The translations under genes were made by a program, and so were the position numbers. The notes under the pieces were generated by a model. That model did not search any database and was not told the origin of the DNA. It saw only the letters and a program-made list of their open reading frames with translations. From Candidatus Bathyarchaeia archaeon (GTDB lineage Archaea > Thermoproteota > Bathyarchaeia > Bathyarchaeales > Bathycorpusculaceae), in the NCBI GenBank assembly GCA_037481775.1, contig JBBFKZ010000001.1, forward strand, positions 96,001 to 160,000: a stretch of DNA of 64,000 bases, read 5' to 3'. Shown here in pieces: positions 49,981 through 60,385 of this stretch. Numbering within the stretch: the first letter of the stretch is position 1; each line of letters begins with the position of its first letter.

Positions 49981-52527
49981 ATGGGAATTGCAAAAGGCAA
50001 AAAAGTTACTGCTTTGATTCTGGTGCTAGCAATATTCGCTGCGATTACTGTTTCCACTGTACAATTTGAAGCACATGCGATTGATTTTCCAACGTTCTTA
50101 TGTGTAACCGCTTCACCTAACCCCGTAGGCGTCGGTCAAGTCGTTTACGTTGGCGCTCAGTTCAGTAAACCTGCACCCACAGTTAGTGGCTGGAGCGGCG
50201 ATTTATATGAAAACGTAACCATCGAAATAGTAGACCCTGACGGAGCGAAGACCGTTTTAGGACCATACGTTTCAAGCGCAGCTGCAGGCGTGCAGACTAC
50301 CTTTACGCCCAACAAAGTCGGTAACTACACTCTCCAAGCCCATTACCCTGGAGAAATATTAGATGGCAAAAGCTCTTATAATCCCACACCTGGAGGCCAA
50401 ATGCAGAGTCTATGGGGTAGCAGAATGTTGCCCTCTGACAGCCCAGTAGTTACGCTGGTAGTGCAGAACGAACCAGTAGTACCAATATATAAGACCCCGC
50501 CGCTTCCAACTGAGTTCTGGACTCGCCCAATATACGGAACTAACTGGAACTGGGGAGAGCTTGCAGCCAACTGGTTTGGACTAGGCGGATCCGGCATTGG
50601 CGCATTCAGCTATAACACAAATTTCCAGCCGTACGGTACAGCACCCAACACGCCTCACATCATGTGGACAATGCCAACCCAATTGGGGGGTCAACCCGGC
50701 GCACCTATACCTGCTGACGAATCAAGTTGTTATAGCTGCACATCACTGCTTCAAAACTATTTTAAGCCAAACGTGATCCTCCACGGCATACTCTTTTACA
50801 ATACGTATATGTATAGAGGTACTTTGATAGGCTGGAGAGCCGTGGACATTCACACAGGCGAAATAGTTTGGGAGCGGACACCAGGCGAAACAGGCAACGA
50901 GAGAATCGACTGGGGCCAAGTATTCAACTACAATAACTATCAAGAGTTCGGCTCGGCAGCACACCTGTATAGCGCACCTGGCGCTGGCGGTTTTGGCGCA
51001 GGCGCAGCAAACTGGTTTGGAGTATACGATCCATTCACGGGGAGATGGCTAGCAAACGTTACTGATGTTCCAAGTACATCGAAGATAGTTAATCCCGATG
51101 CAAGTCTGAGGGGAGAAGTAGTCGGCTACTACGTTTCCGGCGGCAATCTAATCATGTACAATTATACCAAAATATTCCAAGGAACCGGCCTATTCGTTTC
51201 CGCAAGTGGCACAATTAACGCCTCGTCACGTAATCCTATCGTATGGTCTGTGAAACTGCCAACTACATTCAACAATGCCTCCATCAGCCTAAGCATTGCC
51301 GCAGTAACCAACGACGTAATACTCATGCGACAAGTCCCCGGTGCAATCTCATGGCAAGGAACCAATGCTGGCTACTCGTATGACGCAGGCTACGACGCAA
51401 AAACAGGCGCATTATTGTGGGGACCAATAAACCAAACGGGCATATGGAACCCATATGAAGACACATCTTTCCTTTGCGCTGGAGAAGGCTACTATGTGCT
51501 ACACAACAAGGACAGGAATATAGCGTACGGCTTCAGTCTAAAGAACGGACAGAAGGTATGGGGTCCAGTTCAACTGCCTGGTAGCGGCTATAGCAGCGTC
51601 TACCGCTCTGGCATAATAGGTTACGGTAAAGTCTACATCAATGACGTCGGCGGCTACGTAAATGCTATCGATCTTGAAACCGGAAAGATCGCGTGGACCT
51701 TCTTCCGCGGAAGCGCTGGTTACGACACTCCCTTTGAAAGTTATCCAATTTTCGGCTATAACACGCAGAGCTTGGCCGACGGAAAGCTATTCCTTACAGA
51801 AGGCATCATGTACACTCCACCACTGCACCCATCGTACCGACTTGCGATAAACTGCACTGATGGCACACTAGTATGGAAGATATTGCAGTACGCTTGCACT
51901 TGTACTGGTCCTATCGCAGATGGCTACCTGATTTCATGGAACAGCTTTGACAACCAGATATACTGCTTCGGCAAGGGACCAACCGCGATGACGGTTGCAA
52001 CGTCGCCGGCGGTTTCAGTGGAAGGCAGCCGCGTACTAGTAACAGGCACAGTTATGGACAAATCTGGCGGCACGAAACAAGATGTCATTACAACACGTTT
52101 TCCAGATGGACTTCCAGCTGTTTCCGATGAAAGCATGGAAGCGTGGATGGAGTACGCGTACATGCAGCAGGTGAAGCCGACGGACGTGAAAGGCGTTGAT
52201 GTTACTATTACGGTGCTTGATCCGAATGGTAACTGTTACGATGTGGCTAAGACGACTAGTGATGCGAGCGGCTTTTACAGCGCCACGTTTGAGCCGCCTG
52301 TCCCCGGCAAGTACACGGTGATCGCCACCTTCAGCGGTTCAGAATCCTATTACGGCTCATCTGCAGAAACAGCCATATACGTGGAAAGCGCACCAGCAGA
52401 GACACCACCACCAACACCGACGCCAGCACCAATGACAGACACGTATGTCTTAGGCTTAGGCGCAGGTGCAATAATTGCGATCGTAATAATAGGGCTAGTA
52501 ATCATTCTAATGCTTCGAAAACGGTAG
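49981..52527 (+). CDS. PQQ-type beta-propeller surface protein (paralog of 43215-45866)
   Basis: SPNPVGVGQ, FDNQIYCFGKGPT, PTP linker, TM + LRKR. Confidence 0.85.
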   Translation: MGIAKGKKVTALILVLAIFAAITVSTVQFEAHAIDFPTFLCVTASPNPVGVGQVVYVGAQFSKPAPTVSGWSGDLYENVTIEIVDPDGAKTVLGPYVSSAAAGVQTTFTPNKVGNYTLQAHYPGEILDGKSSYNPTPGGQMQSLWGSRMLPSDSPVVTLVVQNEPVVPIYKTPPLPTEFWTRPIYGTNWNWGELAANWFGLGGSGIGAFSYNTNFQPYGTAPNTPHIMWTMPTQLGGQPGAPIPADESSCYSCTSLLQNYFKPNVILHGILFYNTYMYRGTLIGWRAVDIHTGEIVWERTPGETGNERIDWGQVFNYNNYQEFGSAAHLYSAPGAGGFGAGAANWFGVYDPFTGRWLANVTDVPSTSKIVNPDASLRGEVVGYYVSGGNLIMYNYTKIFQGTGLFVSASGTINASSRNPIVWSVKLPTTFNNASISLSIAAVTNDVILMRQVPGAISWQGTNAGYSYDAGYDAKTGALLWGPINQTGIWNPYEDTSFLCAGEGYYVLHNKDRNIAYGFSLKNGQKVWGPVQLPGSGYSSVYRSGIIGYGKVYINDVGGYVNAIDLETGKIAWTFFRGSAGYDTPFESYPIFGYNTQSLADGKLFLTEGIMYTPPLHPSYRLAINCTDGTLVWKILQYACTCTGPIADGYLISWNSFDNQIYCFGKGPTAMTVATSPAVSVEGSRVLVTGTVMDKSGGTKQDVITTRFPDGLPAVSDESMEAWMEYAYMQQVKPTDVKGVDVTITVLDPNGNCYDVAKTTSDASGFYSATFEPPVPGKYTVIATFSGSESYYGSSAETAIYVESAPAETPPPTPTPAPMTDTYVLGLGAGAIIAIVIIGLVIILMLRKR

Positions 52528-52672
52528 GCAACTAAACCGCGCAAACCCACCTTTCCCCCTTTTTCGTTTAAGTCGCTTATACTGATTCAAACACAACAGA
52601 GAACAGGATGAGAGGTTAAAAAGGACTGAACAGAAAAGCAACAGTAGTATTGTTTTAAGTAAATTCCATTCC

Positions 52673-52828
52673 TTATGTATCTGCTATAATTTCTATTTCG
52701 ATTTTTTCCCAGTTGTCCTTTACTCCTTTCAAAGAAGTCACGGCGCCAACTATTGTGCCGCTTAAGATTTTTTCCACAAATTCATTAAGCGGAATTTCTT
52801 TGCCATCAACTCGAAGTTTTAAACTCAT
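52673..52828 (-). CDS. 51-aa protein resembling the MobB C-terminal domain (absent from the ORF track)
   Basis: MSLKLRVDGKEIPLNEFVEKILSGTIVGAVTSLKGV...; GAGGTGA SD. Confidence 0.7.
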   Translation of the reverse strand: MSLKLRVDGKEIPLNEFVEKILSGTIVGAVTSLKGVKDNWEKIEIEIIADT

Positions 52829-52913
52829 AACGGTCACCTCATATAATGCTGTTGCGTTTAGTAGTAAAAGTTTTTGTAGAAAGAAACGAATCCATACAAA
52901 GAGGTGTGTAGCA

Positions 52914-53573
52914 TTGAAGAAGCCTGAAGTTTATCTTGAACCTAAAGAGCGCATCTTGAAAATCCTCGAGTTGCTGGAGAAAGAGTATGCAGACGCAAAA
53001 ATCGCATTAAACTACACTAACCCACTCGAGCTGCTAGTGGCTACAATGCTTTCTGCCCAGTGCACTGACAAAAGAGTCAACATGGTAACAAAAAACCTGT
53101 TCAAAAAATACACGAAGGCAGAGGATTACGCCAACGCGGATTTAAAGGAGTTGGAGCAGGACATAAAATCCACAGGCTTCTACCGGAACAAAGCCAAGAA
53201 CCTAAAAAAATGTTGCCAACTGCTAGTTGAAAAGTACAATTCACAAGTGCCTAGAACGATGGAGGAACTGCTTGAACTGCCGGGCGTTGCGCGGAAAACA
53301 GCAAACATTGTCTTGACCAACGCATTCGGCGTAGTTGCGGGAATAGCGGTGGACACGCATGTCCGCAGGCTTACCCAAAGGCTGGGGCTAAGCGAGAACA
53401 GCGATCAAGACAAAATAGAGAAAGATTTGATGAACATGGTTCCCAAAGAAAAGTGGGCGCGAATAACAGATCTACTCATTTTTCATGGCAGACGCGTTTG
53501 CACGGCAAAGAGGCCTAACTGCCCGGCATGCGTGTTAAACAAGATTTGTCCTTCAGCATTCACTTTTGGCTGA
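52914..53573 (+). CDS. nth: Endonuclease III
   Basis: [17 protein letters not shown] HhH, VDTHV, C-x6-C-x2-C-x5-C. Confidence 0.95.
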   Translation: MKKPEVYLEPKERILKILELLEKEYADAKIALNYTNPLELLVATMLSAQCTDKRVNMVTKNLFKKYTKAEDYANADLKELEQDIKSTGFYRNKAKNLKKCCQLLVEKYNSQVPRTMEELLELPGVARKTANIVLTNAFGVVAGIAVDTHVRRLTQRLGLSENSDQDKIEKDLMNMVPKEKWARITDLLIFHGRRVCTAKRPNCPACVLNKICPSAFTFG

Positions 53574-53626
53574 AAGCGTTACTGATTTATAAATCAGCAG
53601 ACGTTAAGATTACTGAGGATTTTGAA

Positions 53627-54106
53627 ATGGCAACTACACTCAAGGTTGGCGACAAAGCACCTAACTTCACATTGCCCAACACAGATCTAAAACCAGTAAG
53701 CTTGAAAGATTTTGTTGGCCAAAAAGTGGTTTTAGCCTTTTTCGTTAGCGCCTTCACTTCAGTCTGCACAAAAGAAATGTGCGCTTTTCGTGATTCTATG
53801 GCTAGATTAACCAACATGAACGCGCAAGTTATCGGCATAAGCGTGAACGACCCCTTTTCGAATAAGGCTTTTGCAGAGAAGAACAAGTTGTATTTTCCAG
53901 TTCTAAGCGATTACAAACACGAGGTTATAAAAGCATATGGCATTGAAATGGTTGATTTTGCAGGCCTTAAAGGTTACACAACTGCGAAACGTGCAATTTT
54001 CATTATAGATCAAAACGGAGTAATACGTTATGTGTGGATTGCGGAAAATCCAGAAGTAGAACCAAACTACAGCGAAATAGAGGCTGCGCTTGAAAAAATA
54101 AAATGA
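53627..54106 (+). CDS. Peroxiredoxin (Bcp/AhpE-like)
   Basis: [26 protein letters not shown]. Confidence 0.88.
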   Translation: MATTLKVGDKAPNFTLPNTDLKPVSLKDFVGQKVVLAFFVSAFTSVCTKEMCAFRDSMARLTNMNAQVIGISVNDPFSNKAFAEKNKLYFPVLSDYKHEVIKAYGIEMVDFAGLKGYTTAKRAIFIIDQNGVIRYVWIAENPEVEPNYSEIEAALEKIK

Positions 54107-54312
54107 AAAAAGGGGCAAGATAATTTAAGTTTCAAAATCGCTTAAGTCTTAAACATATAAAAAGCAGAAACTTGATATTTCTGAGAATTCCAAGTCTGCT
54201 TTTTTATTTTTAATATTCAGCAACGCTTGCAGCTTCAAAAAGTATATTAAAGCATACAAAGAGTTATTAGCATCGCAAATCTGATGTTTAATATTTGTCG
54301 GTGACTTGTTGA

Positions 54313-55155
54313 GTGGCCTTTGAAATCCAAGAGTTACTTGATGTCATAAAAATAATCGTTCTATTAAACCTTAAAAAAGGTAGAAGATTGCAAAAGTCAA
54401 TGCTTAAGCGGCGACTTGACAAAGTCTGCGCGAGTTTCACCTGCATCGAAATGAGCGAGCTTGAAAAAGCCTTGAAAGAAATGGAAACTGAAAAACTAAT
54501 CACCGCGCAAGACGACGTGATCCAGTTGACGCCGCAAGGCGAGAGATTGAGCAAAGAATGGGAAAGCCTCCTATTAAAGAAAGAACCCATTCTAGAGGTT
54601 GTCGCTGGCCTCGTTGATGGCTCGATAACAGGGCTCGTAGTAATTTTATCCGCATTCATAGCTGCATTGACTACGCGCATGGCGATTTTCGCGGCTTTTC
54701 TGACGCTGAGCGCTGTGGCCATCACAAACTTTTCCAGCTTCCTTCTAGGCGGCATAACAGAAGATTTAGCTGACATACTGACCTTGCAAAACTTAATGAA
54801 TTACAGTTTAAGCGACATTCCAGACAAAAAAGAGCGAGACAAATCACTGCTTCTTATAAAAAAACTTTTTACCCTGTTGAATAAGGAGATTCATCGTTCT
54901 AATCTTTACGCAGCAATAATCTGTGGCACCACCACGTTTATAGCAGGTAGTATACCCATACTCGCCTTTCTCGTTTTACCCAGCCCTTTTGATATCGCCG
55001 TGTCTTTATCTATAGTTGCCTTCATCGTAGGATTCTTCCTCGTGCGATACCGCTCAAAAAGAACCCGAGTTAATTGGAAAATAACGTTCTTTGAAACCAT
55101 TGCCATAGTCTCCATTGCAACTGTTGCATCGCTCCTTCTGGGCGGAATAGCATAA
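54313..55155 (+). CDS. wHTH + VIT1/CCC1-like membrane protein
   Basis: N-terminal wHTH (IQLTPQG), VAGLVDG motif, five TM segments. Confidence 0.6.
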   Translation: MAFEIQELLDVIKIIVLLNLKKGRRLQKSMLKRRLDKVCASFTCIEMSELEKALKEMETEKLITAQDDVIQLTPQGERLSKEWESLLLKKEPILEVVAGLVDGSITGLVVILSAFIAALTTRMAIFAAFLTLSAVAITNFSSFLLGGITEDLADILTLQNLMNYSLSDIPDKKERDKSLLLIKKLFTLLNKEIHRSNLYAAIICGTTTFIAGSIPILAFLVLPSPFDIAVSLSIVAFIVGFFLVRYRSKRTRVNWKITFFETIAIVSIATVASLLLGGIA

Positions 55156-55322
55156 AAATCGTATTCAACAAGAGGTAACGGCAGTTTCGCTTATTCTCTA
55201 AGTAGGCTCAATTACTCTCTTTTGCAGATGCTTTGAAATGGCGCTTGGCATTATTATTCTGTTTAGGCAAAATTTGAAAGGGCGGTTCAGATTAGGATGC
55301 TAAGCACAGTTTATTGTATTTG

Positions 55323-55703
55323 TTAAATTGAGCGGCAGAAGACGCATGTTTCCTTGGAGGGGGCAGGGGTCTTTTTTTGGCAGGGTTTACACATTAGGCC
55401 TTTTTCACGGATTATTTTGCAGGTTTGACAGAAAAGTTCTAGGATTTCTTTTTGTGATGATTTTTCGTGTAAAAGCATGTTCGTCATCTGATCTATGAGC
55501 AGTTGTACTTCGGGGCTGTCTTCAATTGTTATGAGGTTTCCTCGGTTTTTTGTTGTGTATCTGCTTATTGCTGATTGGGTTAAGCCTAGAATTTCAGCTA
55601 CTTGCTGTTCTTTCATTCTATGTTTTTCCACGAAGTTTCGGGCTATTGCGGCTTTTACGGCGGGTAAAACTGTTTTTACTCCTACCTCGCAAGGCAGTAA
55701 CAT
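55323..55703 (-). CDS. HTH transcriptional regulator (COG2522-like)
   Basis: PCE...LPAVKA, QQVAEILGLTQSAISRY, C-terminal Cys cluster. Confidence 0.82.
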   Translation of the reverse strand: MLLPCEVGVKTVLPAVKAAIARNFVEKHRMKEQQVAEILGLTQSAISRYTTKNRGNLITIEDSPEVQLLIDQMTNMLLHEKSSQKEILELFCQTCKIIREKGLMCKPCQKKTPAPSKETCVFCRSI

Positions 55704-55745
55704 GTGTTCACCAGTTGGTCTAATTTCTGTTAGAAACATATATAA

Positions 55746-55856
55746 ATATGACGCGTGTCATATCATTTATGACGTGTGTCATGTCGGGCTTCGTTTCATA
55801 CAAACTTTTTGCACCCCAATCTCTCACTCCTTTACCCGGCAAGACACACGTCAAAT
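55746..55856. promoter_or_regulatory. Three related palindromic operators (ATGAC-N4-GTCAT)
   Basis: ATATGACGCGTGTCATAT 55746-55763; ATGACGTGTGTCAT 55769-55782; AAGACACACGTCAAAT 55841-55856; next to the TATA box of the minus-strand regulator. Confidence 0.7.
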
Positions 55857-55883
55857 AAAAGCTTTATCAAACGGGGAAAAGCC

Positions 55884-56820
55884 TTGATAAATTATCGCAT
55901 TGCTGGCGAAAAACGCGATTTGGCAGAGGCCCTTAAAGCATTAGATGCCGTGTGCAGAAAATGCGTGCCTGTAACACCGCTTGAATGCATAACACGTTGC
56001 GATGTCTGGAGGCTAAAGAATGAACTTCGAAAACTGCGGGGAGTTATGGAAAAACCAAATTTCATGAAAGAACTTCTAAATACTCTAAAGAATGAAACGC
56101 GACTGCAGATTCTAAAGACCATCGCAAATGAGGGTTATTCTGCAGATAAGCTTGATCACAATTTTAGAGAAGTAGGGCGCATGGACGGCAAAAACACTAT
56201 TTATGAAGAATGTCTACAACCATTGGCTGCGGTTGGACTGGTAGCGGAAAACATGAACCAGCGATTTTACGCTACGGTTTTCGGATGCATACTTGCCAAG
56301 AGGCTTGATGGATTTGCTGATTTGATTCGCTTCTTGCCAGCCAATTCAGAATGCTACGAGGAAACTCTACTGACCACACTGCTACAAGGACCTAAAACCT
56401 TTAAAAACTTAGCATCACTTGTTTCGCCGAATATTGCCCCGCGCATCTTGAAGCGACTGAAAACAGCGGGTTTAATAGAAACTCCAGAAGATAAAGATTG
56501 CGTGTTCTTCTTTAGGTCGAAGCGTGACCCAGCGAAGGAGACACTTTCTAATGCTGAACGAAAAGTTTACAATGCTATTTCAGAATGCGGAATTTCAGCG
56601 CGGCAACTTTCTGAGAAAACAGGGATTTCCCCGAGAAGAATCTACTTACACTTGCGCCGGCTAAAAGGAAAAAAAGCTTGTTTTCGTAAGAAGAACACCA
56701 AAGACCTATCGCTTGACAGCTAAAGGCTTAAAGTTGGCATCTTTGCTGCGGGAATTACAGGCGCTTGTTGAAGAAATCTGGAAATCTTCTGAGCAGTTAG
56801 ACAACAGCGAAAACACTTAA
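55884..56820 (+). CDS. Multi-wHTH protein with N-terminal Cys motif, frameshifted near 56668-56674
   Basis: CRKC..EC...C, several wHTH repeats; removing one A gives KGKKLVFVRRTPKTYRLTAKG ending TAA 56820. Confidence 0.65.
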
Positions 56821-56975
56821 GCGCAAGAGAAAAAACAGGAATGGGAGCTTGCAGCTAAACTATAGCCCAACAGCATAACGGATATTGTTGGCTGAAGATA
56901 GCTTGCTCATTTTATTTTTAATGGCGAAAACTGGCGTTAAAAGTGGAAGAAAACATGCTTCGTTATTTTCTTTTT

Positions 56976-59126
56976 CTAATTGTTGTGTTCGTGTTTTTCA
57001 AGCTTTTTCGAAACATATTTTTCAGGGTTTTTCTTGAATTCCTCTTCACAATGCTTCGAGCAGAAATAGTAAGTTTTGCCTGCATACTCAGTTTGACCAT
57101 ACGCTGTCTCTGGCTCAATTTCCATGTCGCACACAGGATCCTTCACCGTGACCGGCGCTTCTTCCTTGAATGCTACGCTTCCTGGTTCATACTTCCTCAA
57201 GGTTTGGCTGTTAAGAGCAACTAATACTGTGCTCATAGACATGATTATGGCTCCAACAGCGGGAGGCAAAACTACGCCGTAACCGCTTAGTACACCAGCT
57301 GCCAAGGGTATGGCTACAATGTTGTAGCCTGCGGCCCACCACAAGTTCTGCGCCATCTTACGGTATGTTTTCTGTGAAAGAGCTATTACTTTTGTAACGT
57401 CTCTTGGGTCGTTTTTAACGAGGATTATATCCGCGCTTTCAATTGCTACATCTGTTCCCGCGCCGATGGCGATGCCAACGTCTGCCGTAACCAATGCGGG
57501 CGCATCGTTTATGCCGTCGCCCACCATAGCCACCTTATGACCCCTAGCTTTTAACGCTTTAATTGCCTCAGATTTTTGATCGGGCAGAACTTGCGCAAAA
57601 TACTCGTCTATGCCAAGATCTCGTGCAACCCATTTCGCGACGGCTTCAGAATCGCCCGTAAGCATGTAAACCTTCAAACCAAGGGTTTTCAGTTTAGCCA
57701 CAGCTTCCGCAGATTCCTTCCTAATCTTATCTGCCAACGCAAAGGCGCCGACAAGTTTTCCATCAGCAACTGTGAAAACAACTGTCTTTCCATGTTCCTG
57801 TAAAGTCTTAATCGTGTCATCGTTTATCTTTATTTTCATTTCATGCAGCAGCGCTTGACTCCCAACATATACTTCACTGCGCGCAACCTTCCCATAAGCG
57901 CCTTTTCCCGGTAACGCTTTGAAATCTTTTACTTTAGGAATTTCCACACCTTTATCGTTAGCATAGCGCACAATGGCTTTCGCGATTATGTGCTCCGAAT
58001 TACGTTCCACAGCCGCGGTAAGCGCCAGAAGCCGCTCTTGGGGAATGTAGGCAACAACGTCCGCGACGCCGAATTCTCCTTCCGTTAACGTTCCAGTCTT
58101 GTCAAAAACAACCGCGTCAACATCCTTAACCATCTCGAAAGCACGCCTGTCTCGGATAAGAATGCCACTTTTCGCAGTTATTGAAGTGGAAAGCGCCACA
58201 ACCAACGGGATAGCCAACCCAAGAGCATGAGGACAAGCAATCACAAGAACGGTTACTGTTCTTTCCAAAGCCACATACGCGCTGGCTAGGGCGGACCAAG
58301 CAACGAAAGTCACTATGCCCACGGCAAGTGCGACGTAAAAAAGCAACGCCGCAGCCCTGTTTGCAAAATCCTGCGTTCGCGACTTGCTTTCCTGTGCGGC
58401 CTTCACAAGCTTTATCACTTGTGCTATATACGTTTCTTCACCAGTCTTTTCCACCCTAACTTTCAAGGAACCTTCACCGTTGATAGCGCCGCCTATCACA
58501 CGGCTTTCTTTAGCCTTAAAAACGGGCGTTGACTCGCCAGTCAGCAACGCTTCATTAACAAAAGATTCGCCTTCAACAACGACACCATCAGAAGGAACCT
58601 TCTCTCCCGGACGCACCAGCACCACATCACCAACCCGCAGTTCTGACACAAGCACATCCACCACCTCACCATCCCGTATAAGATGTGCAGAGGCGGGCAT
58701 GACGCGGACAAGCACTTCAAGCGCCCGCGAAGCACCAAGCACGCTTTTCGCTTCTATCCAGTGGCCTAGGAGCATAACATCGATTAACGTTGCTAGCTCC
58801 CAAAAGAAGTCCATGCCCGCTATGAGAAAAACGGTTGCGGCAGAATAGAAAAAAGCTACTGAAATCGCCATGCCTATCAGCGTCATCATTCCCGGCTGTC
58901 GGCGCTTAACTTCCTCAACCATGCCCTGCAGGAAAGGCAATCCACCATAGACATAAATTATCGCTGAAAGAACCAACAAATTTTCTCGCTGGTAAGGCAC
59001 CACAATCCAGGTGAGTCCCAACCAGCTTTGAATAGTTTCAGATAGCAGCAAAACAGGAACTGTCAGCGCAAGAGAAAACCAGAATTTACGCTTGAACATT
59101 TGCATGTGATGAACATGATGAGCCAT
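56976..59126 (-). CDS. copB: Copper-translocating P1B ATPase (CopB-like) with C-terminal YHS/TRASH domain
   Basis: His-rich N-terminus, [26 protein letters not shown]; DPVC...YYFCSKHC. Confidence 0.9.
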   Translation of the reverse strand: MAHHVHHMQMFKRKFWFSLALTVPVLLLSETIQSWLGLTWIVVPYQRENLLVLSAIIYVYGGLPFLQGMVEEVKRRQPGMMTLIGMAISVAFFYSAATVFLIAGMDFFWELATLIDVMLLGHWIEAKSVLGASRALEVLVRVMPASAHLIRDGEVVDVLVSELRVGDVVLVRPGEKVPSDGVVVEGESFVNEALLTGESTPVFKAKESRVIGGAINGEGSLKVRVEKTGEETYIAQVIKLVKAAQESKSRTQDFANRAAALLFYVALAVGIVTFVAWSALASAYVALERTVTVLVIACPHALGLAIPLVVALSTSITAKSGILIRDRRAFEMVKDVDAVVFDKTGTLTEGEFGVADVVAYIPQERLLALTAAVERNSEHIIAKAIVRYANDKGVEIPKVKDFKALPGKGAYGKVARSEVYVGSQALLHEMKIKINDDTIKTLQEHGKTVVFTVADGKLVGAFALADKIRKESAEAVAKLKTLGLKVYMLTGDSEAVAKWVARDLGIDEYFAQVLPDQKSEAIKALKARGHKVAMVGDGINDAPALVTADVGIAIGAGTDVAIESADIILVKNDPRDVTKVIALSQKTYRKMAQNLWWAAGYNIVAIPLAAGVLSGYGVVLPPAVGAIIMSMSTVLVALNSQTLRKYEPGSVAFKEEAPVTVKDPVCDMEIEPETAYGQTEYAGKTYYFCSKHCEEEFKKNPEKYVSKKLEKHEHNN

Positions 59127-59207
59127 AAAATCAACCTTTCACAAAAAAGGGATGCGGACTCTAACTTATTTGAGTTATCCTTCTCAAAAAATGAGAAAAA
59201 TTTGCGG

Positions 59208-59699
59208 TTAGCCGCCGGGTGCGCCGTGGAACGGCGCGTTTTCCCAGAGCAGTTGCCACCAGTCGTCCTCGGTTATGGTCTCTGCCTTTACGATTACTTC
59301 CAGAATGGCCTTTAGCAAAGCATGATGTCGTTTCTCGTCAACCAAAATGGACTTCAAGAGAAACTTCACCTTGCTATTCGCTATTGTAGGCAGAATCTTC
59401 TCAATTTTCTTGATAAGCTCCGCTTCCATCTGGATGTGCTTCTCCACAAGCGCCCTCTGCGCATCAAGATTCTCCTGCGTTAAAGCCTGCGAAACGACCA
59501 TTAGAAAAGTAAGCGCGGACTCGTACAGGTCCGCGTGCTTCATGGAATCAAAGGCTATGCCTTTCAAAACGCTTGCTACAGCCGGGTTCTTAATATCAAC
59601 CACGCCCTTATTCAGGGAGTCAACAATTTCCTTCTCAACAATTATCTGGCGCTTTATGAACTCAACCAGCTCACTATTCGAGTTTGAACTCATTTCCAC
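59208..59699 (-). CDS. Ferritin-like/rubrerythrin-family protein
   Basis: DSMKH and DEKRHH di-iron helices. Confidence 0.75.
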   Translation of the reverse strand: MEMSSNSNSELVEFIKRQIIVEKEIVDSLNKGVVDIKNPAVASVLKGIAFDSMKHADLYESALTFLMVVSQALTQENLDAQRALVEKHIQMEAELIKKIEKILPTIANSKVKFLLKSILVDEKRHHALLKAILEVIVKAETITEDDWWQLLWENAPFHGAPGG

Positions 59700-59726
59700 C
59701 GTTTATCCTCCCCCTTTTTAAGCATG

Positions 59727-60179
59727 CTAAGCTTTGTGCATAAGGGTTTCAGCAACGCGCTTGCCAAGCTCACGGCACATGCTCAGCGCTTTTTCATCAG
59801 GCGCATACTTCACCAGCAATGGCGGCTCGATCACTTGCATTTCAAACTTGTTCTTCATAATTTCAAGAAGCATTTTCGGTGCTTCACCACTCCAGCCGTA
59901 AGAGCCAAAAGCCGCACCTACTTTCCCCTTTAGATTCATACCCTTCGCAGCGGCGTCCTCAAACAGCCTCTTCATATCCATTGGCGTGTCATGATGATAC
60001 GTTGGTGCACCCAGAATTATAGCGTCAAAATTCGCTAGGTCATCAGCATCAACATGATAGCTCAGCTCCACTTCGGCATTGCCAGCGTTTTTTGCGCCCT
60101 CAGCCACAGCCTTCGCCATTTTCTCCGTGTTTCCACTTCGGCTATAATACAAAACAAGAATTCTCGGCACAAAATTCAC
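59727..60179 (-). CDS. Flavodoxin
   Basis: YYSRSGNTEKMA, GAPTY, FGSYGWSGEA. Confidence 0.9.
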   Translation of the reverse strand: MNFVPRILVLYYSRSGNTEKMAKAVAEGAKNAGNAEVELSYHVDADDLANFDAIILGAPTYHHDTPMDMKRLFEDAAAKGMNLKGKVGAAFGSYGWSGEAPKMLLEIMKNKFEMQVIEPPLLVKYAPDEKALSMCRELGKRVAETLMHKA

Positions 60180-60385
60180 CTTTTAGAATAGAATGGTCAG
60201 CCAAATAATATGAACCTTTTGCAAATCAGGAAATAGCGGAAGAAAGAGGCAAAAAGGAATGCGCGTGTCTGTAAGGTTTTAGCAACGTGCATAACCACGT
60301 GTTTTTAGACGTAATATTCTTAAGTTGGAAACATAGGTTAAGTGCGCCAAAAAATTGTTTCCTTGAGAAAAGGAGAAGGCTCTTA

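Noticed and set aside
56660-56723. Early stop of the multi-wHTH gene
   Set aside because: One extra A in an A7 run; likely homopolymer error.
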